From positions 4,340,001 through 4,404,000 of the forward strand of contig CM068771.1 in NCBI GenBank assembly GCA_035084275.1: a stretch of DNA of 64,000 bases, written 5' to 3'. Source of the stretch: Hydrolagus colliei. Taxonomy: Eukaryota. The notes under the pieces are model-generated. The model saw only the letters and a program-made list of their open reading frames with translations. It ran no database searches and was not told the origin of the DNA. Within the stretch, counting starts at the first letter, position 1; the number at the start of each line of letters is the position of its first letter. Position numbers and translations under genes: made by a program. Positions 24,001-36,862 of this stretch are shown piece by piece.

Positions 24001-26613
24001 ATAAGTTCCTTTAACCAATTACAGCAATCCACCTAATCAATGAAAGTGAATGTGGGAAGAGAGTTGAACTCTATTTACACTATTCATGGGGTGCAAAAAA
24101 GGCAGCATCTATTAAAACAAAACTAGACAACCACAAGTTGCTAATTGATAGATTACCATTTTCAAAGTAAGAAGTAAATCGTCTTTAATAAGCAGGCATA
24201 TACTGAAGCAATTGATCACCTAAAGAATAACAAGCAGGGAATGTCTAATTTACTCAAGCACAAGCCTTTCTCCCTTCTTGGTCTGGACTATGTCATACAA
24301 CTGACGTTTGCTGATACCCCTATTGACCTCTGGAATTTCTAAGGGAGACTAAGAAACAGCTAACAATGTCCAGGGGAAGCTAAGAAACAGCTAACATGGT
24401 TGCCGATGTTTAACATGGTTTCCACAGGAGAGTAGGAAAATCGACTGTATATTTGTGGGCGAAATGCAGCAGCTAAATTGTGTACAGGTGTGTCCCACAA
24501 ACAGTCACGGAAGTGGGGCCAAGGGAGAAAGTGGGGAAAGAGGGTAAGAGGGGAGAGGGAGGGAAAGGTGGGGTGGGGTAAAGTCAGGGAGGAATTTAAT
24601 GTAATGTCCCGTGTATAAATATTATCGACTTCACATCCGTCTCATCCAGGCCTTGGCAGTCAGCCTTGGATTCATGTTGAAGGGCAGCACAATGGTGGTG
24701 TGAGGCTGTTGTGTGAATCCATTGGATGGTTCCCAGCACCAGAGGTTTTGTGGTTTGATGATCAGGGAAACAGCTCAACGACACTCAGTAACTGGACAAT
24801 CAGAGAGGATTCGAAAGGTCTCTTCATTGTTTCAAGTCGAATAGAAATAGTCCATTCAAGCAATAAGATCAGGTGTCTGGTTTACAATTCAGAAAATCAA
24901 CAAGAAGGAAAACTCCAAATCTCAGGTCAGTAAATACACTGAAATATAATGATAGTCTGATGAACATTGATGTGGATTTGTTGGACATGTGAAGTAAAAA
25001 GATCAGTCTAGACTAGTGGTTCCCAAACTTTTTTTGTTGCAACCCAAATTAACCACCAGCAGATCCTCGCGACCCAAACTTTTTTTTGCCGCAACGCAAA
25101 TTAGCCTCCAAACAGTCCTCCCCCTACTAGAGGGCGATATCGCGACTGAAGCTCAGCTCTGCCAAAATGTTATCTCTGTCTGTTTTGTGGACTCAGCGCA
25201 ACTTGTAAGTACGCTTTTTATACAAATTGGTCGGCGGTGTCGCATTTTTTTTAAGCGTTAGAAAGTTTCATTTCATGTTAAAAGCTTTTTTTTTAAGCGT
25301 TAAAAAAGCATTTTCAACAGTTTAAAAAAAGGAAAAATAAAAATATTCTGATGACCCTTCGCAAACCCTACTGAGGAACCCCCCCGAGACCCTGCCAAAC
25401 TGAAATCAATTGGACTCACCTACCCTTCCTGCTAACCTATTCAAGCTGCTCATTATCTTTCGTATGAATAATAGTAATCCTTGCATTTGATATAGCGCTT
25501 TTCACATCTTATCGACGTCTCAAAGCGCCTCACGGAATACACTGTAAAGTGAAGTGACTGTATATTTGCATGCAAAACGCAGCAGCCGACTGTGCACAGC
25601 AGCGTCCCCCACAAACGTCGCGGATTGAAAATGACCAATTTTCTTATTGTGGGTTTTTTTGGGGGGCGGATAATTATTAGACTTGTGAAGTAAGGAAACT
25701 TGCCCAAGGTTCCGCCCTGATCTGCCTGCTTTCGAACGCAGGTTTCACACTTGTAAGGCGAGCGCTCTGACCACTGAGCTACAGGAGCTTCCTAAAGCTT
25801 CAAAACTTCCCAACTCACAACCAACATTGCTACAGGGGAGTCCTACAGCTCAGCAGATGGAGGACTCACGTCCCAAGGGAAAGGACCTGAGTTTCCTTCC
25901 TGGCAAAGTGAAACATTGGTCAACTTTCCTTACTCCATACTCCTCTGTTTACCCAGCAGTAGCTAGGAACCTGGCTGTCATTCAATCAGTGAATCACTTT
26001 TCCAGGGGTAATAATTCATTCATTCCACAAAAAAAATTGCTCACTCAACTAATGACTGTTTGTGGAATGCTGTTGTGTGCAATTGGCTGATACGGTTCAC
26101 TCACTTTGATATCAGAATAGATGTTTAAATGTCGATTCACGTTTCTTGACAGTTGAGTTCTTCCCCAAAATGCCAATGGATTTGGTGGTTTCCTTACTTC
26201 TCTCAGGACTTGCCCTAGTGGTACTGAGTGTTCTGGTCGGCTACAGCGTAGTACAGGACCAAGAGATCAAAGGTACGTTCCTAACAGTAACATCTCTCAT
26301 TTCAACAGTTTCACTTATTGTGTAAGAATGTAAGAGTGTAAGAAAATAATGGGTCACTCCCTTCACTCAGTGACCCCTGGTCTGTTTCAACTCACCAACC
26401 TCTTTGTTGGTTCGCCCCCACTATAAAAAAGGCAGTGTAAATTTAAATTTTATTTTAAACTAAGCGTTATTTAATTGTGTTGAGCAGTACCTTGCGTGGT
26501 TTAGTGGTGGAGCTCCTGTAGCTCAGTGGTCAGAGCCAATCGCTTTATAAGCGTGAGACCTGTGTTCGAATCCAGGCAGGTCAGGGCGAAACCGTGGGCA
26601 AGTTTCCTTACTC

Positions 26614-26645
<32 letters not shown>

Positions 26646-29453
26646 CCTGATAATTATCCCTCAAAAAAAAACACAATAATAAAAGTGGACTGTTTGTGGG
26701 GGACGCTGCTGTGCGCAACTGGCTGCCGCGTTTCGCCCACAAATGTACAGTCAATTCACTTTACAGTATATTCTGTTATTATTATTATTTATAACTGGTT
26801 AATGGTGTAAACATGTAGACTGTCTTGTTATCTCACGCTAGGTTTGTAACAGTTTTGATTTTTATCCGCTAGATCTCCAGAAGAGACTGGGTAAGTCAGC
26901 CAAACAAAAACCATCTCAGGTTTTATTCATCTCATTCAAAAGCTTCACACAGAGGCTTTCTCTCCGGGGTGCTCAGCAGAATGAATTCAAGATCCTGGTT
27001 CTTACCTTAAATTCCTGCCTTGCTTCAGTCTACCCCTGTGACATCCTTGAATCTTACCAACCTAACCCCTCACTTCGCTCAGCAAACACTGGCCTGCTTC
27101 ATGTCCCCCCCTCCCCCCAAAATATGTAACATAATAATCCAACTTAATCTTGTAGCTCAGAGGTTAGAGCGCTCATTTTACAAGCGTGAGACCTGTGTTC
27201 GAATCCAGGCAGATCAGGCCAAAACCTTGGGCAAGTTTCCTTACTCCACACGCCTAATAATAATCTGTCCCCCCAAAAGACACAATGATAAAAATTGGTC
27301 ATTTTCAATCCACGGCTGTATGTGGGGGACGCTGCTGCGCACAATCGGCTGCCGCGTTTCACCCACAAATATATATAGTCAATTCACTTTACACTATATT
27401 CTTTGAAGCGCTTTGAGACGTCGATAAGATGTGAAAAACGCTATATCAAATGCAAGGATTATTATTATAATGGTAGACAGAGAAATAGACAAGTATATGA
27501 AGGATAGAGACTCGAATAGGGGATAGCAGCTATTAAATGAACACCTTGTTCTGAGAGCACAAGAGACTAAATGGTGAATGACTTCCTTGTGGGCTGTAAA
27601 TTTCATGATTATATTCCATTTAACTCAAGGCATTAACTCAAGGCATTAGCTCACTCATTAACTCAAGGCATTAACTCACTCATTAACTCAAGGCATTAAC
27701 TCACTCATTAACTCAAGGCATTAACTCACTCATTAACTCAAGGCATTAACTCACTCATTAACTCACTCAGCCTTGAAGACTCGGAGGGAGGGAGTGAAGG
27801 GGGGAAGGAGTCTGAAAGCAAGGGAGACTGGGTATAAGGGTAGACTGGCAGTGAGTGATGGAGCGAGACTGGGAGGCAGTGAGTGAGACTGGGAGGGATG
27901 GGGGTAGACTAGGAGGGATGAAGTAATGGAGACTGTGAGGGAGGGAAGGAGACTGAGAGAAATGTAGACTCTGTGGGGAGCTGCAAAAGATCTCATTACT
28001 TCTCTCTCCCTGTTTTCCAGAGTGGAAATCGATGCGGAGGTGTGCAGGTAATAGTCTTTGATTGACCAAGCAAACAGAATCCCTCTCCACCTCCCCTCCA
28101 AACCACACACCCCCACACCCCACCTCACCCCCACCCCCACCAATAACACACCCAAAGACTACGAACTCTTTGTGCTGGATTCTTTTTCCAGGAGATGTTG
28201 ATGCTTTACACTTTCCTATAACCCCGATCCTCGAGAAACATTCCCTGGACCCATCCCTGTTAACCACCTGCTCCCTTGACCCCAAACCCCACTTCTCTCC
28301 TTATCTCCCAGCTCTATCTCCTAACTGATATCAGCAACCTCTCCCTATTCACTGGCACTGTCCCCACCCTTCTACAAACTGCTGTCATCAACACCATCTT
28401 GAAAAAACCTTCTCTGGACCCATCCTTACTCTCCAGCTATCGCCCCATCTCCAACCTCCCATCCCTTTACAGAGGACCCACAGATAGGCTCGCGCCAGCG
28501 CTTTCACGCATCAGGCACTGGCATCATCAACCTCCATGGTGGCTCATTCGACCTCACCAAGCCAGTCAGGAACCCAGGTGTCTTGTTCAACCCTCAGCTG
28601 TCTTTCGTCCCCCACACCCAAGCAACAACTCGCTCTGCCTTTCCCCATCTCCGCAACATTGCCCAACTCTGCCACTACGTCACCTCCAAATCCACTGAAA
28701 CCCTCATTCATGCGTTCATTACATCCCAGCTCAACTATACAAATGCCCTGCTTGTCGGCCTTCCCAATTTTTCCTCCACAGGCACAGGTGAAAGGCACTC
28801 TATAAAAATAATTTTCTTGTTGTTTACACAAAGTCTTCTCTTCCGGTGTAATGCTGAAGCTCATCTTATTTATAATTGTAAATCCGCCTGGCCTTAATGG
28901 TCTGATTCTTACTCTAGTTACAGTCACTTTGGATCCTGACACAGCCCATCCCAACCTCATTGTGTCTAAGGACCTGACCAGTGTGATAGATGGAGGCAAA
29001 CGGCAGCCGCTCCCTGACACCCCAGAGAGGTTCAATAATTGGCTCTTTGTTCTGGCATCTGAGGGCTTCACAACCGGGAGGCATTACTGGGAAGTCCAAC
29101 TTGGCAACAGGTTTGACTGGACTGTGGGAGTGGCCAGAGAATCGATCAACAGGAAACAACCAATGACATGGTCAACGGAAGGTGGATTCTGGAACGTGCG
29201 TTTGGGGGCCGGGATTTATGAGGCTCTGACAACACCTCGTACCCGCCTGCATCTGACAGAGAGACCCAAGAAGGTCGGAGTGTACCTGGACTATGAGGGG
29301 GGACAGGTGTCAATTTACAACGTCGATAACATGTCTCATCTATACACATTCACCCAAACTTTCACTGAGAAACTTTATGCTATCTTCAATCCCGGTTATA
29401 TAAATGGTGAGAAAAATTCTGAGCCACTGAGAATTTGCCCGGTGACGGGTTAG
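21020..29453 (+). CDS. BTN-A: butyrophilin-like type I membrane protein (signal-IgV-IgC-TM-heptads-B30.2), about 460 aa
   Basis: Exons 21020-21077 ([19 protein letters not shown]), 23236-23583 (IgV: DVVLAC..VRWFR..GNVSLRL..DNGEYTC), 24650-24925 (IgC: [21 protein letters not shown]), 26153-26272 (TM: [24 protein letters not shown]), 26873-26890, 28021-28047 (EWKSMRRCA), 28918-29453 (B30.2). All phase 1, total 1383 nt in frame. Additional tiny heptad exons may have been missed. Confidence 0.9.
22814..23126 (-). mobile_element. tRNA-derived Deu-domain SINE
   Basis: Full-length, antisense in BTN-A intron 1. Confidence 0.85.
23818..24426 (-). mobile_element. Solo LTR, 609 bp, with 4-bp TSD
   Basis: TGT...ACA termini; GGAG duplicated at 23814-17 and 24427-30; interrupts a SINE whose halves rejoin as GAAGGAG|AGTAGG, as in the intact copy near 40030. 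Confidence 0.85.
25014..25400. mobile_element. hAT (Charlie-like) MITE
   Basis: GTCTAGAC followed by TAGTGGTTCCCAAAC; the interior is the reverse complement of 12800-13100. Confidence 0.7.
25467..25792 (-). mobile_element. tRNA-derived Deu-domain SINE
   Basis: Full-length antisense copy. Confidence 0.85.
26509..27470 (+). mobile_element. Two tRNA-derived Deu-domain SINEs (26509-26790 and 27151-27470) flanking the 18-nt BTN-A exon
   Basis: Both have head and core; the first lacks most of the tail. Confidence 0.8.
27619..27767. repeat. 25-bp tandem repeat (TAACTCAAGGCATTAACTCACTCAT) x5-6
   Basis: Read directly. Confidence 0.9.
28170..28780 (+). mobile_element. Degenerate L2 ORF2 (reverse transcriptase region) fragment
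   Basis: [36 protein letters not shown] and [24 protein letters not shown] frames with deletions. Confidence 0.8.
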
Positions 29454-29589
29454 GAACATAGGACCAGGAATAGGACATTCAACCCTTCGAGTCTGTTCTG
29501 CCATTAAATCATGACTGACCTGTAATCTATGCTAATAAGACAATATATCTGTGTGTGTACCTGTCCGCCCAGTATTTGGTGACATTATT

Positions 29590-29880
29590 TAATATCTCAT
29601 CAGAATCTTGCAGCACAAAGGGATTGTGGGATGGAGTTGCAGAGTGTGGGGGCAAAGAGGCTGAAAGCCCGGCCACCGATGGTAGGTTTGGTTCGGGTGG
29701 GGGACATGGAGCAGGCCAGAGCCCACTGAATGGAGGGTGCGGGCAGGCTGATAGGGAGTCGGCAGGTCGGAGAGATCGTCGGGGGCAAGGCTGTGAATGG
29801 CCTTGAAAGTGAGGACGAGGATCTTAAATTCAACCCTCTGGGGGATGGGGAGCCAGTGGAGATGGGCGAGGGTTGAGAAA
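29590..29880 (-). mobile_element. L2 LINE 3' fragment
   Basis: [30 protein letters not shown] frame. Confidence 0.8.
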
Positions 29881-30724
29881 GTGATGTGGTCACAGTCACC
29901 TTTACTTGACAAACAGAGGTATGCAGAGTCAGGAAACTTGCCTCAGGTTTTCGCCCAGCCTGGTGATTGAACCTCGGTCTCCTTGCTTGCGCGGCGAGCA
30001 CTCTATCCACTGAGCTACAGGACTCCGCAAATGTAAACCAGGTGGTGATAATGATAAAATAATTCTAGCGTTCCACAAGATCCCAAGATTAATTCAGTTA
30101 AAGTAAATCTTTCAGCCGAATTGATCTCTTATCTCCAGAGCGTTCACCTACTGTCCTCCCATCACAGTGTCAAGCTTTTTTTTTGGAAAAAATAACAAGA
30201 CCAGTGTTCAGTCATTAATTCGACTCTGGGTTAAAAAACAAAGTAGTTCCTGGTGTCTGTTCTGAAATTGCCTTTTCCAGCTCAAAACCTACATCCTCGT
30301 GCTCTGTCTTCTCAGTGCTTCCTAAACTATTGTTCTGGGTTTACATGCTCATTCATAGAACCTTACGGCACAAAAGGAGGCCATTTGGCCCATCGAGTCT
30401 GCGCCGGCTCTTTAAGAAGAGCAATTTAATCCCCCTCCCCAGCTCTCTCTCTCCCCATAACCGCGCAAACCCATCCTCACCAAATAAATGTCTATCTCTT
30501 AAAAGTTATCAAATCGTCCTCCACCACCTTTTCAGGCAACGCATTCCAGATTCGAACAACTCGCTGAGAGAAAACATTTCTCCTCATCTCCCCTCTGCTT
30601 CTTAAATCCGTGACCACGAGTCACTGATACGCCCATGTGTGAGACCAAAATGTCACCCTATTTGGAAAAACTGATGGGCAGCTCATCTGTGTGCCTGTGT
30701 TGAGGTACTCTTGGTATCTTCTGT

Positions 30725-31060
30725 AGCTGTTGTGGCTCAGTGGTTAGAGCACTTGCCTTGCAAGCATGAGACCTGTGTTCGAATCCAGGCAGATCAGTTC
30801 GAAACCTTGGGCAAGTTTCCTTACTCCACACACGCACACACCTAATAATAATCCCTCAAAAAAAAACAATAATAAAATTGGTCATTTCAATCCACGGCTG
30901 TTTGTGGGGGACGCTGCTGTGCGCAATTGGCTGCCGCGTTTCGCCCACAAATATACTGTCACTTCACTTTACAGTAAATCCTGTGAAGCGCTTTGAGACG
31001 TCAATAATATGTGAAACGCGCTGTATCAAATGCAAGGATTATTACTATTATTATTATTTT
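30725..31060 (+). mobile_element. tRNA-derived Deu-domain SINE
   Basis: Full-length copy. Confidence 0.85.
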
Positions 31061-32427
31061 TACTCTTGACTTTCCATCCTATGTGACCTCACACTTTCTG
31101 AGGCGGGAATATCGGCTGATATCTGTCTTCACTAGCAATGCCCAGTCTCACAGTCTCACTGAAATCTCCCGTTAACAAGGTGACATGTTGGTGCCTTGTC
31201 TCCCTGTATATAAACACTGTGTATTTTCAATGTCATCTTTTCTAATCTGTGTAACATTTATTATTCACTGTGTCAACCAACCATGACACGCTATTTTCAG
31301 ACGCGTTAAACCCGTTAAACCTGTGCTTGCTCAAGTGGATACCATGTTAATATCCAATATATTCAAATTCACTTACAAAATACTGGATCAATTTGCGATA
31401 AATCATGCGATACACTGTAATTAGTTTATATCTAATCATTACATACAAGTCACACACACTCTCTGATAACACGCACCCTTAACCTTAGCCCTGATACACA
31501 AACCCTAACCCTCACCCCCTAATACACACACCTATAACCCTGACTCCATGGATTTCATGTCCACCTTTTTGCAGTGTTTTGCAGTGTTGTGAGTCTACAT
31601 GCTGTACTCTATGCCCCTATTTATAAAGCCTAGTAATATCGCATATGCTTTTTTAACAGCCTACCTGTCCTGCCAACGTCAAAGAATCACTTACACAAAT
31701 CCCCAGGTCTCTCTGTTCCTTCATACCCCATAAAATTGTACTATCTAGCCTGATGATTGGCTAAATCATTTTATGAAACGTCTGAATGGCACCCGTGGCA
31801 TGTGGACAGTGGAGAAATCAGGATTGTTAAAGCCAGTTTCTTCTTCTCGTTCCACTCTCTCTGGGTTTGTTACCTGCTCACTCTGCCTCCTCGCCCACGG
31901 GAATAAACTTTGCTCTGTTTACACATGAATCTCCTCAAACATCAATCACAGATGTTATCCACAAATTACTGCTCAAAATCAATCAATCAATCAATAAAAA
32001 CTTACATTTATATAGCGTCTTTCACCTCGAGAGGACCAAGGCTCTGTACAGTCAGGTAGGGACAAAAGCAGTGGGGGGGGGAGGGTAGGATGAAGGAGAG
32101 TAACAGAATTGACTGTATATTTGTGGGCGAAACGCGGCAAACCAAATTGCGCACGGCAGTGTCCCACAAACAGTCATGGAAGTGGGATTAGGGGAGAAAG
32201 GGGGGAAAAGAGGGTAAGGGGAGAGAGATGGGGAGGGGTCAGGGTAAGGGGGAAGGAGAGCAGGAAAAACGACTGTATATTTGTGGGCGAAACGGTGCGA
32301 AATACATCAATTAGAGAGTGAAGCGAACTCTGTCACGCCACAGACTAAAAGTAGAATTAGAACCACGGATAACCGAAGGTACACACATTGTTGTTGGAAT
32401 AAGCTTTCCTGCTGTAAAACTCACAAA

Positions 32428-32538
32428 GAAACTGAAAGCCTGATTAGAGGTTCAGATAACTGCCAAATTGGATATACATTCAGTTTCCCTTTTGCGGTGA
32501 AGATTTGTCTCTTTCGAGCCAAAGTCAAGTAGGTAAGG
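32428..32538 (+). promoter_or_regulatory. Paired ISRE-like motifs followed by a strong splice donor (candidate internal promoter / first exon)
   Basis: GAAACTGAAAG at 32428-32438, AGTTTCCCTTTT at 32482-32493, AG|GTAAGG at 32533. Motif evidence only. Confidence 0.35.
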
Positions 32539-32995
32539 CTTTCACCTGAACTAAAGTATGGTATTGTTTGAAATATACTGATTTAATTTCATTGTGATTC
32601 CAGTTTAAGAGGATTTGCTGTGTTTTAATTTATATATATATACTGTATATGCATTTATATATTTGTGTACATACCCAGTGTTGTTTAATCGCTGAGAATC
32701 GGAGGGAATCAAGAGGGAATGGGAGGGGGAGGGAAGGAGCACATTGCACCAGTTACAAACAACATGTTTCTCCCCAAATCATGCGATGGAGACCTGCCCC
32801 ACCATCAGTGCAAGGCTAGGGGAAGCCTCATTGTCACAATTGAAGATACCAGCTCACGATTCCAACCGAGAAGGCAGTTTGTTCTGCTGTGTGTGTTTGA
32901 GTCTGTGTACAGGATCTTGTACATGTGGCAAGATCCCTGTACACGTTGCAGATGAGCTTGCAACCAAAGGATCCAGTATGGAATGTATACGACAA

Positions 32996-35175
32996 CAACA
33001 ACAACAAAATGACATTTGTACAGCGCCCTTCACGTCAGGAGGACGTCCCAAATCTCTGGACAGTCATTGTTTCAGACCCGAGCTGGGGACATGGTGCGGA
33101 GGGAAGGGGGGGGATTAGGAGTAGCTGATGAGACATCGAAGAGGAAGGTCTTGAGGCGGGACTTGAAGGAGGCCAGGGAGCGGGGGCGAGGCGGAGGGAC
33201 TGCGGGATGGACTTCCAGAGGCTGGGGGCAGAGCGGCTAAACCCTTGCCCGCCAATGGTGGGGCGGGTGGGGCGGGGGACATGGAGCAGGACAGAGCCTG
33301 CTGAGCGGAGGGGGCGGGCAGGTTGGCAGGATGGCCAAGTTGGTAAAAGTACATTGATTGAAGCCTTTGAGAGCTGCTGAACCATTGTATGTGATAGTCA
33401 CAAGGGGGTAAATAAAGGTTGTTTGATATCAGAACAGATGTTTAAATGCCGATTTACATTTCTTAACAGACGAGTTATTTCCCAAAGTGACAATGGGTTT
33501 GGTGGTTTCCACAATTTGGAGCTACTTTGTCCAGCAGGATGGAGAAACCAAAGGTACACTCCCGTCATTAACATTTCTCATCAGAACACTATTAAATAAT
33601 AAATAATCCTTGCGTTCGATGTAGCGCTTCTCACGTCTTCTCTCTCCATCCCACAGTCCTTTTGCCTCGCTTCTTTCCTCCCTTGCCTCTTTCAAAGCCA
33701 AGACTCTCCTTTTCAATCGTGCCTTCTGTCACCCTCCCACCTCTCTCCCTCCCCCATACTCAGGTCCCAACCCCAGACTGTTCAGGGCCTTGGGATGTCC
33801 TCCCAACATGAAAGGCGCTCTATTAATGTAGTTTTGTTGTTGCTTTTGTTCGCAATTTGACACCCTTTTAGAGATACTGACAGTCCAGAGTGACCTTGAG
33901 ATACCATATAATGTAATACAGTATATCATATGAGGGGGCAGCCAATGAGTGGAGCGATTCAAACACAATCTGTATCTGTAATTATAGAATTATAACAATA
34001 ACTATCATTATATATAATATAATAATTATATTGTACATATTCCCCAAATCCTCCGTTCCACCCTTGGCGGCCGTGCTTTCAGTCACTACCCNNNNNNNNN
34101 NNNNNNNNNNNNNNNNNNNNNNNNNNNNNNNNNNNNNNNNNNNNNNNNNNNNNNNNNNNNNNNNNNNNNNNNNNNNNNNNNNNNNNNNNNNNNNNNNNNN
34201 NNNNNNNNNNNNNNNNNNNNNNNNNNNNNNNNNNNNNNNNNNNNNNNNNNNNNNNNNNNNNNNNNNNNNNNNNNNNNNNNNNNNNNNNNNNNNNNNNNNN
34301 NNNNNNNNNNNNNNNNNNNNNNNNNNNNNNNNNNNNNNNNNNNNNNNNNNNNNNNNNNNNNNNNNNNNNNNNNNNNNNNNNNNNNNNNNNNNNNNNTTCC
34401 CAGTTTCAGGTCCCAGCTAATGACCTTTCTCTTCGACCGTGCCTTCGGTCACCTTTCTACCCCTGCCCTTGGCTCGGTCCCGGGATCCGTTGTCGCGAAG
34501 CGCTCTGAGACGCCGTCAGGCGTGGAGTGAGGGAGGGCGCTATATAAATCCAAATTGTTGTTGTTGTAATTAGAATGATTAGAATGATAACGATTGTATT
34601 TGATACAGCAAATTTCGTGTCAAGTTTTGTGTCTCATCAATTTCATCAAACAGAAATTTCGCCATAAAGTGTAATGACCTTATAAAAAAAAGTGTCAATA
34701 GGGAGGCCTCAATGTGTGGCCTAAATGACTGTAAAATGTCAGTGAGTTTGGTGTAAACTCTCACACGGTATCTGGGCTGTGCGGGTGGCGTAGCCGCCAT
34801 CTGCTGGTGATGGGAGGAGAGGAACCACAGCAGGTCCCAGCACCACCTCGTGACAACCGTCACATCTCACGGCTCAACATCTCCACCCTTGGTGGACAGT
34901 GATGTGTCCTCCAAAGCGAGCGGCTTCGAGAAAGGGACAATAAATAATAATCCTTGCATTTGATATCGCGCTTTTCACGTCTGCTAGACGTCCCAAAGCA
35001 CTTCACGGAATATACTGTGAAGTGAATTGACTACCAATGCCCACAGCAATGCCCCATCAACAGTCGTATATTGAACTGACCAATTTATTATTGTTTTATT
35101 TTTTTGAGGGATTATTGTTAGGCATGTGGAGTAGGGAAACTTGCCCAAGGCTTCGCCCTGCCTGGAATCGAATTC
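32996..35175 (+). repeat. Segmental duplication, copy 1 (inverted partner at 50101-51751)
   Basis: ORF-track peptides 34579..34863(-) and 50413..50697(+) differ at 1 of 94 aa; the L2 fragment, TM-derived exon and SINE are shared in the same order; copy 1 has an extra about 0.6 kb including an N gap. Confidence 0.9.
33470..33553 (+). other. Orphan butyrophilin TM-derived exon with deleted TM core (DELFPKVTMGLVVSTIWSYFVQQDGETK)
   Basis: Flanks and ends align with BTN-A TM exon 26153-26272 (acceptor TTCTTAACAG vs TTCTTGACAG, donor AAAG|GTAC); 84 vs 120 nt; phase 1-1; open frame. Confidence 0.75.
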
Positions 35176-35228
35176 AGGTCTCTTGCTTGTAAGGCGAGTG
35201 CTCTAACCACTGAGCTACAGCACTCCAA
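34944..35228 (-). mobile_element. tRNA-derived Deu-domain SINE
   Basis: Full-length antisense copy; partly inside the duplicated block. Confidence 0.8.
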
Positions 35229-35789
35229 ATTATTCTTCAATATATAAAGATTTGTCTGTGCAGGGTGACCAAAAAGTCTTATTTTCCAGCTACTCTATTA
35301 TCTAAAATATATCTATATCTTCATTTCTTTAAGACCGATTAGACATTTTATTGGGGTCACTACTTTTTGGAAACCCGATACAACCCAAAGACTCTCTTGT
35401 TTCATTTCTTTTAATGTTGTACCATTTCCTTCTGAAGCTCCTCTTCGACTGTGCCCTCGGACACCCTCATTCACCCTCATTCACCCCTGCCCTCCACCCT
35501 CCCAGATCCTGGGTATAGGGTTAGGGCAGAGCAGCTGTTGAGTGAACAACTTGATCTGAGCACCTTTATAGTCCGTAGTGTGAATGGTATCTGGCTGAGC
35601 TATAAATTTAAATAACCCTATTCCTAGAATAACTACAGGCTCCCTAACCCAACCCATTGGACTATTTTACATCGTCACCTTTTCTTCCCAAAGGCAGAAT
35701 TGGTTTGTAAACATACTACCTCTCTGTACTCCCTCATCACAGCCATGCCTGCTCCTTGGGACATCCTCCTGATGTGAAGTCATGTTGTT

Positions 35790-36620
35790 GTTGTTGCCGT
35801 TGTAGAAGGTGAGGACAAGATTCTTGAAATCGACCCTCTGGGGGATGGTGAGCCAGTGGACCCGAGCGAGGGCGGATGTGATTTGGCCACGGAGCCTTCT
35901 GCAGGAGAGGACACGAGCTTCAGCATTCTGGATGATCCTCAGCTTGTGGAGGGAAGAGTTGGGGAGGTCGACAAGCAGCAGGTCGACATAATCGAGCCTG
36001 AATATAATCAAGGCACGTATGAGCGTCTCGACAGCCTGAATAGTGAGGCAGTGGCTGCGTCAGGCAATGTTACAGAAGGGGGTGGGGGAGGGAGGACAAT
36101 TGAGCAACAGTCAAGCAAGACACACCTTCACATTCCCCACCAGAACCAACACACACGCTCACATATCAACAACAACACCAATTTCAATTTATGTAGCGCC
36201 CTCACTCACTCTACACCGGACGGCGTCTCAGAGCGCTTCACAATAACGGATCCCAGGACCGAGCCAAGGGGGCAGAGGGGAGAAAGGTGACCAAAGGTGC
36301 GATCGAAGAGAAAGGTCTTTAGCTGGGACCTGGGAAGAGAGAGGGGGTGGTGGGGGAGGGGGGGGGCGAGGCGAAGGGAGTGAGGAAGGCAGTTCCAGAG
36401 CCTCGGGGCGTAGTGGCTGAAGGCACGGCTGATGAGGGTGGAGCGGAGGATTCAGGGGGAGACATCGAGGAGGCCAGACCTTGTGGAGCGAAGACAACGG
36501 GTGCTGGTTTGAGGAAAGAGGAGGTCGGAGAGATAGGGGGTGCAGAGGAGTGGAGGGATTTGAAAACAAGGGTGCGGATCTTGAAATTGATCCTCTCCGG
36601 GACAGGGAGCCAATGAAGTC
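35790..36620 (-). mobile_element. L2 LINE fragments
   Basis: RLDYVDLLLVDLPNSSLHKLRIIQNAEARVL and [23 protein letters not shown] frames. Confidence 0.8.
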
Positions 36621-36862
36621 TACCCCACCCAAGACATTCCCCTACCACCCCCGCTCCCCCCACCACACACACATTGTTTGTGTGAGGGGGATCGTAAAGG
36701 TGTTGTCTTTGTGTGTGTGTGTGGGTGGGGGGGTGGCGGGGGGTGGGGGATTCTGTTCCCAGGATGTTTTACACCACGGCGTCTCTTCTGGTGCGAAGCT
36801 GAAGATCATCTTATTTGTAATTGTCAATGTGTCCGACATTAATGGTCTGATTCTCACTCTAG

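Noticed and set aside
34579-34863. 94-aa ORF present twice (also 50413..50697)
   Set aside because: Conservation is explained by the recent duplication; non-ATG start and no recognisable domain.
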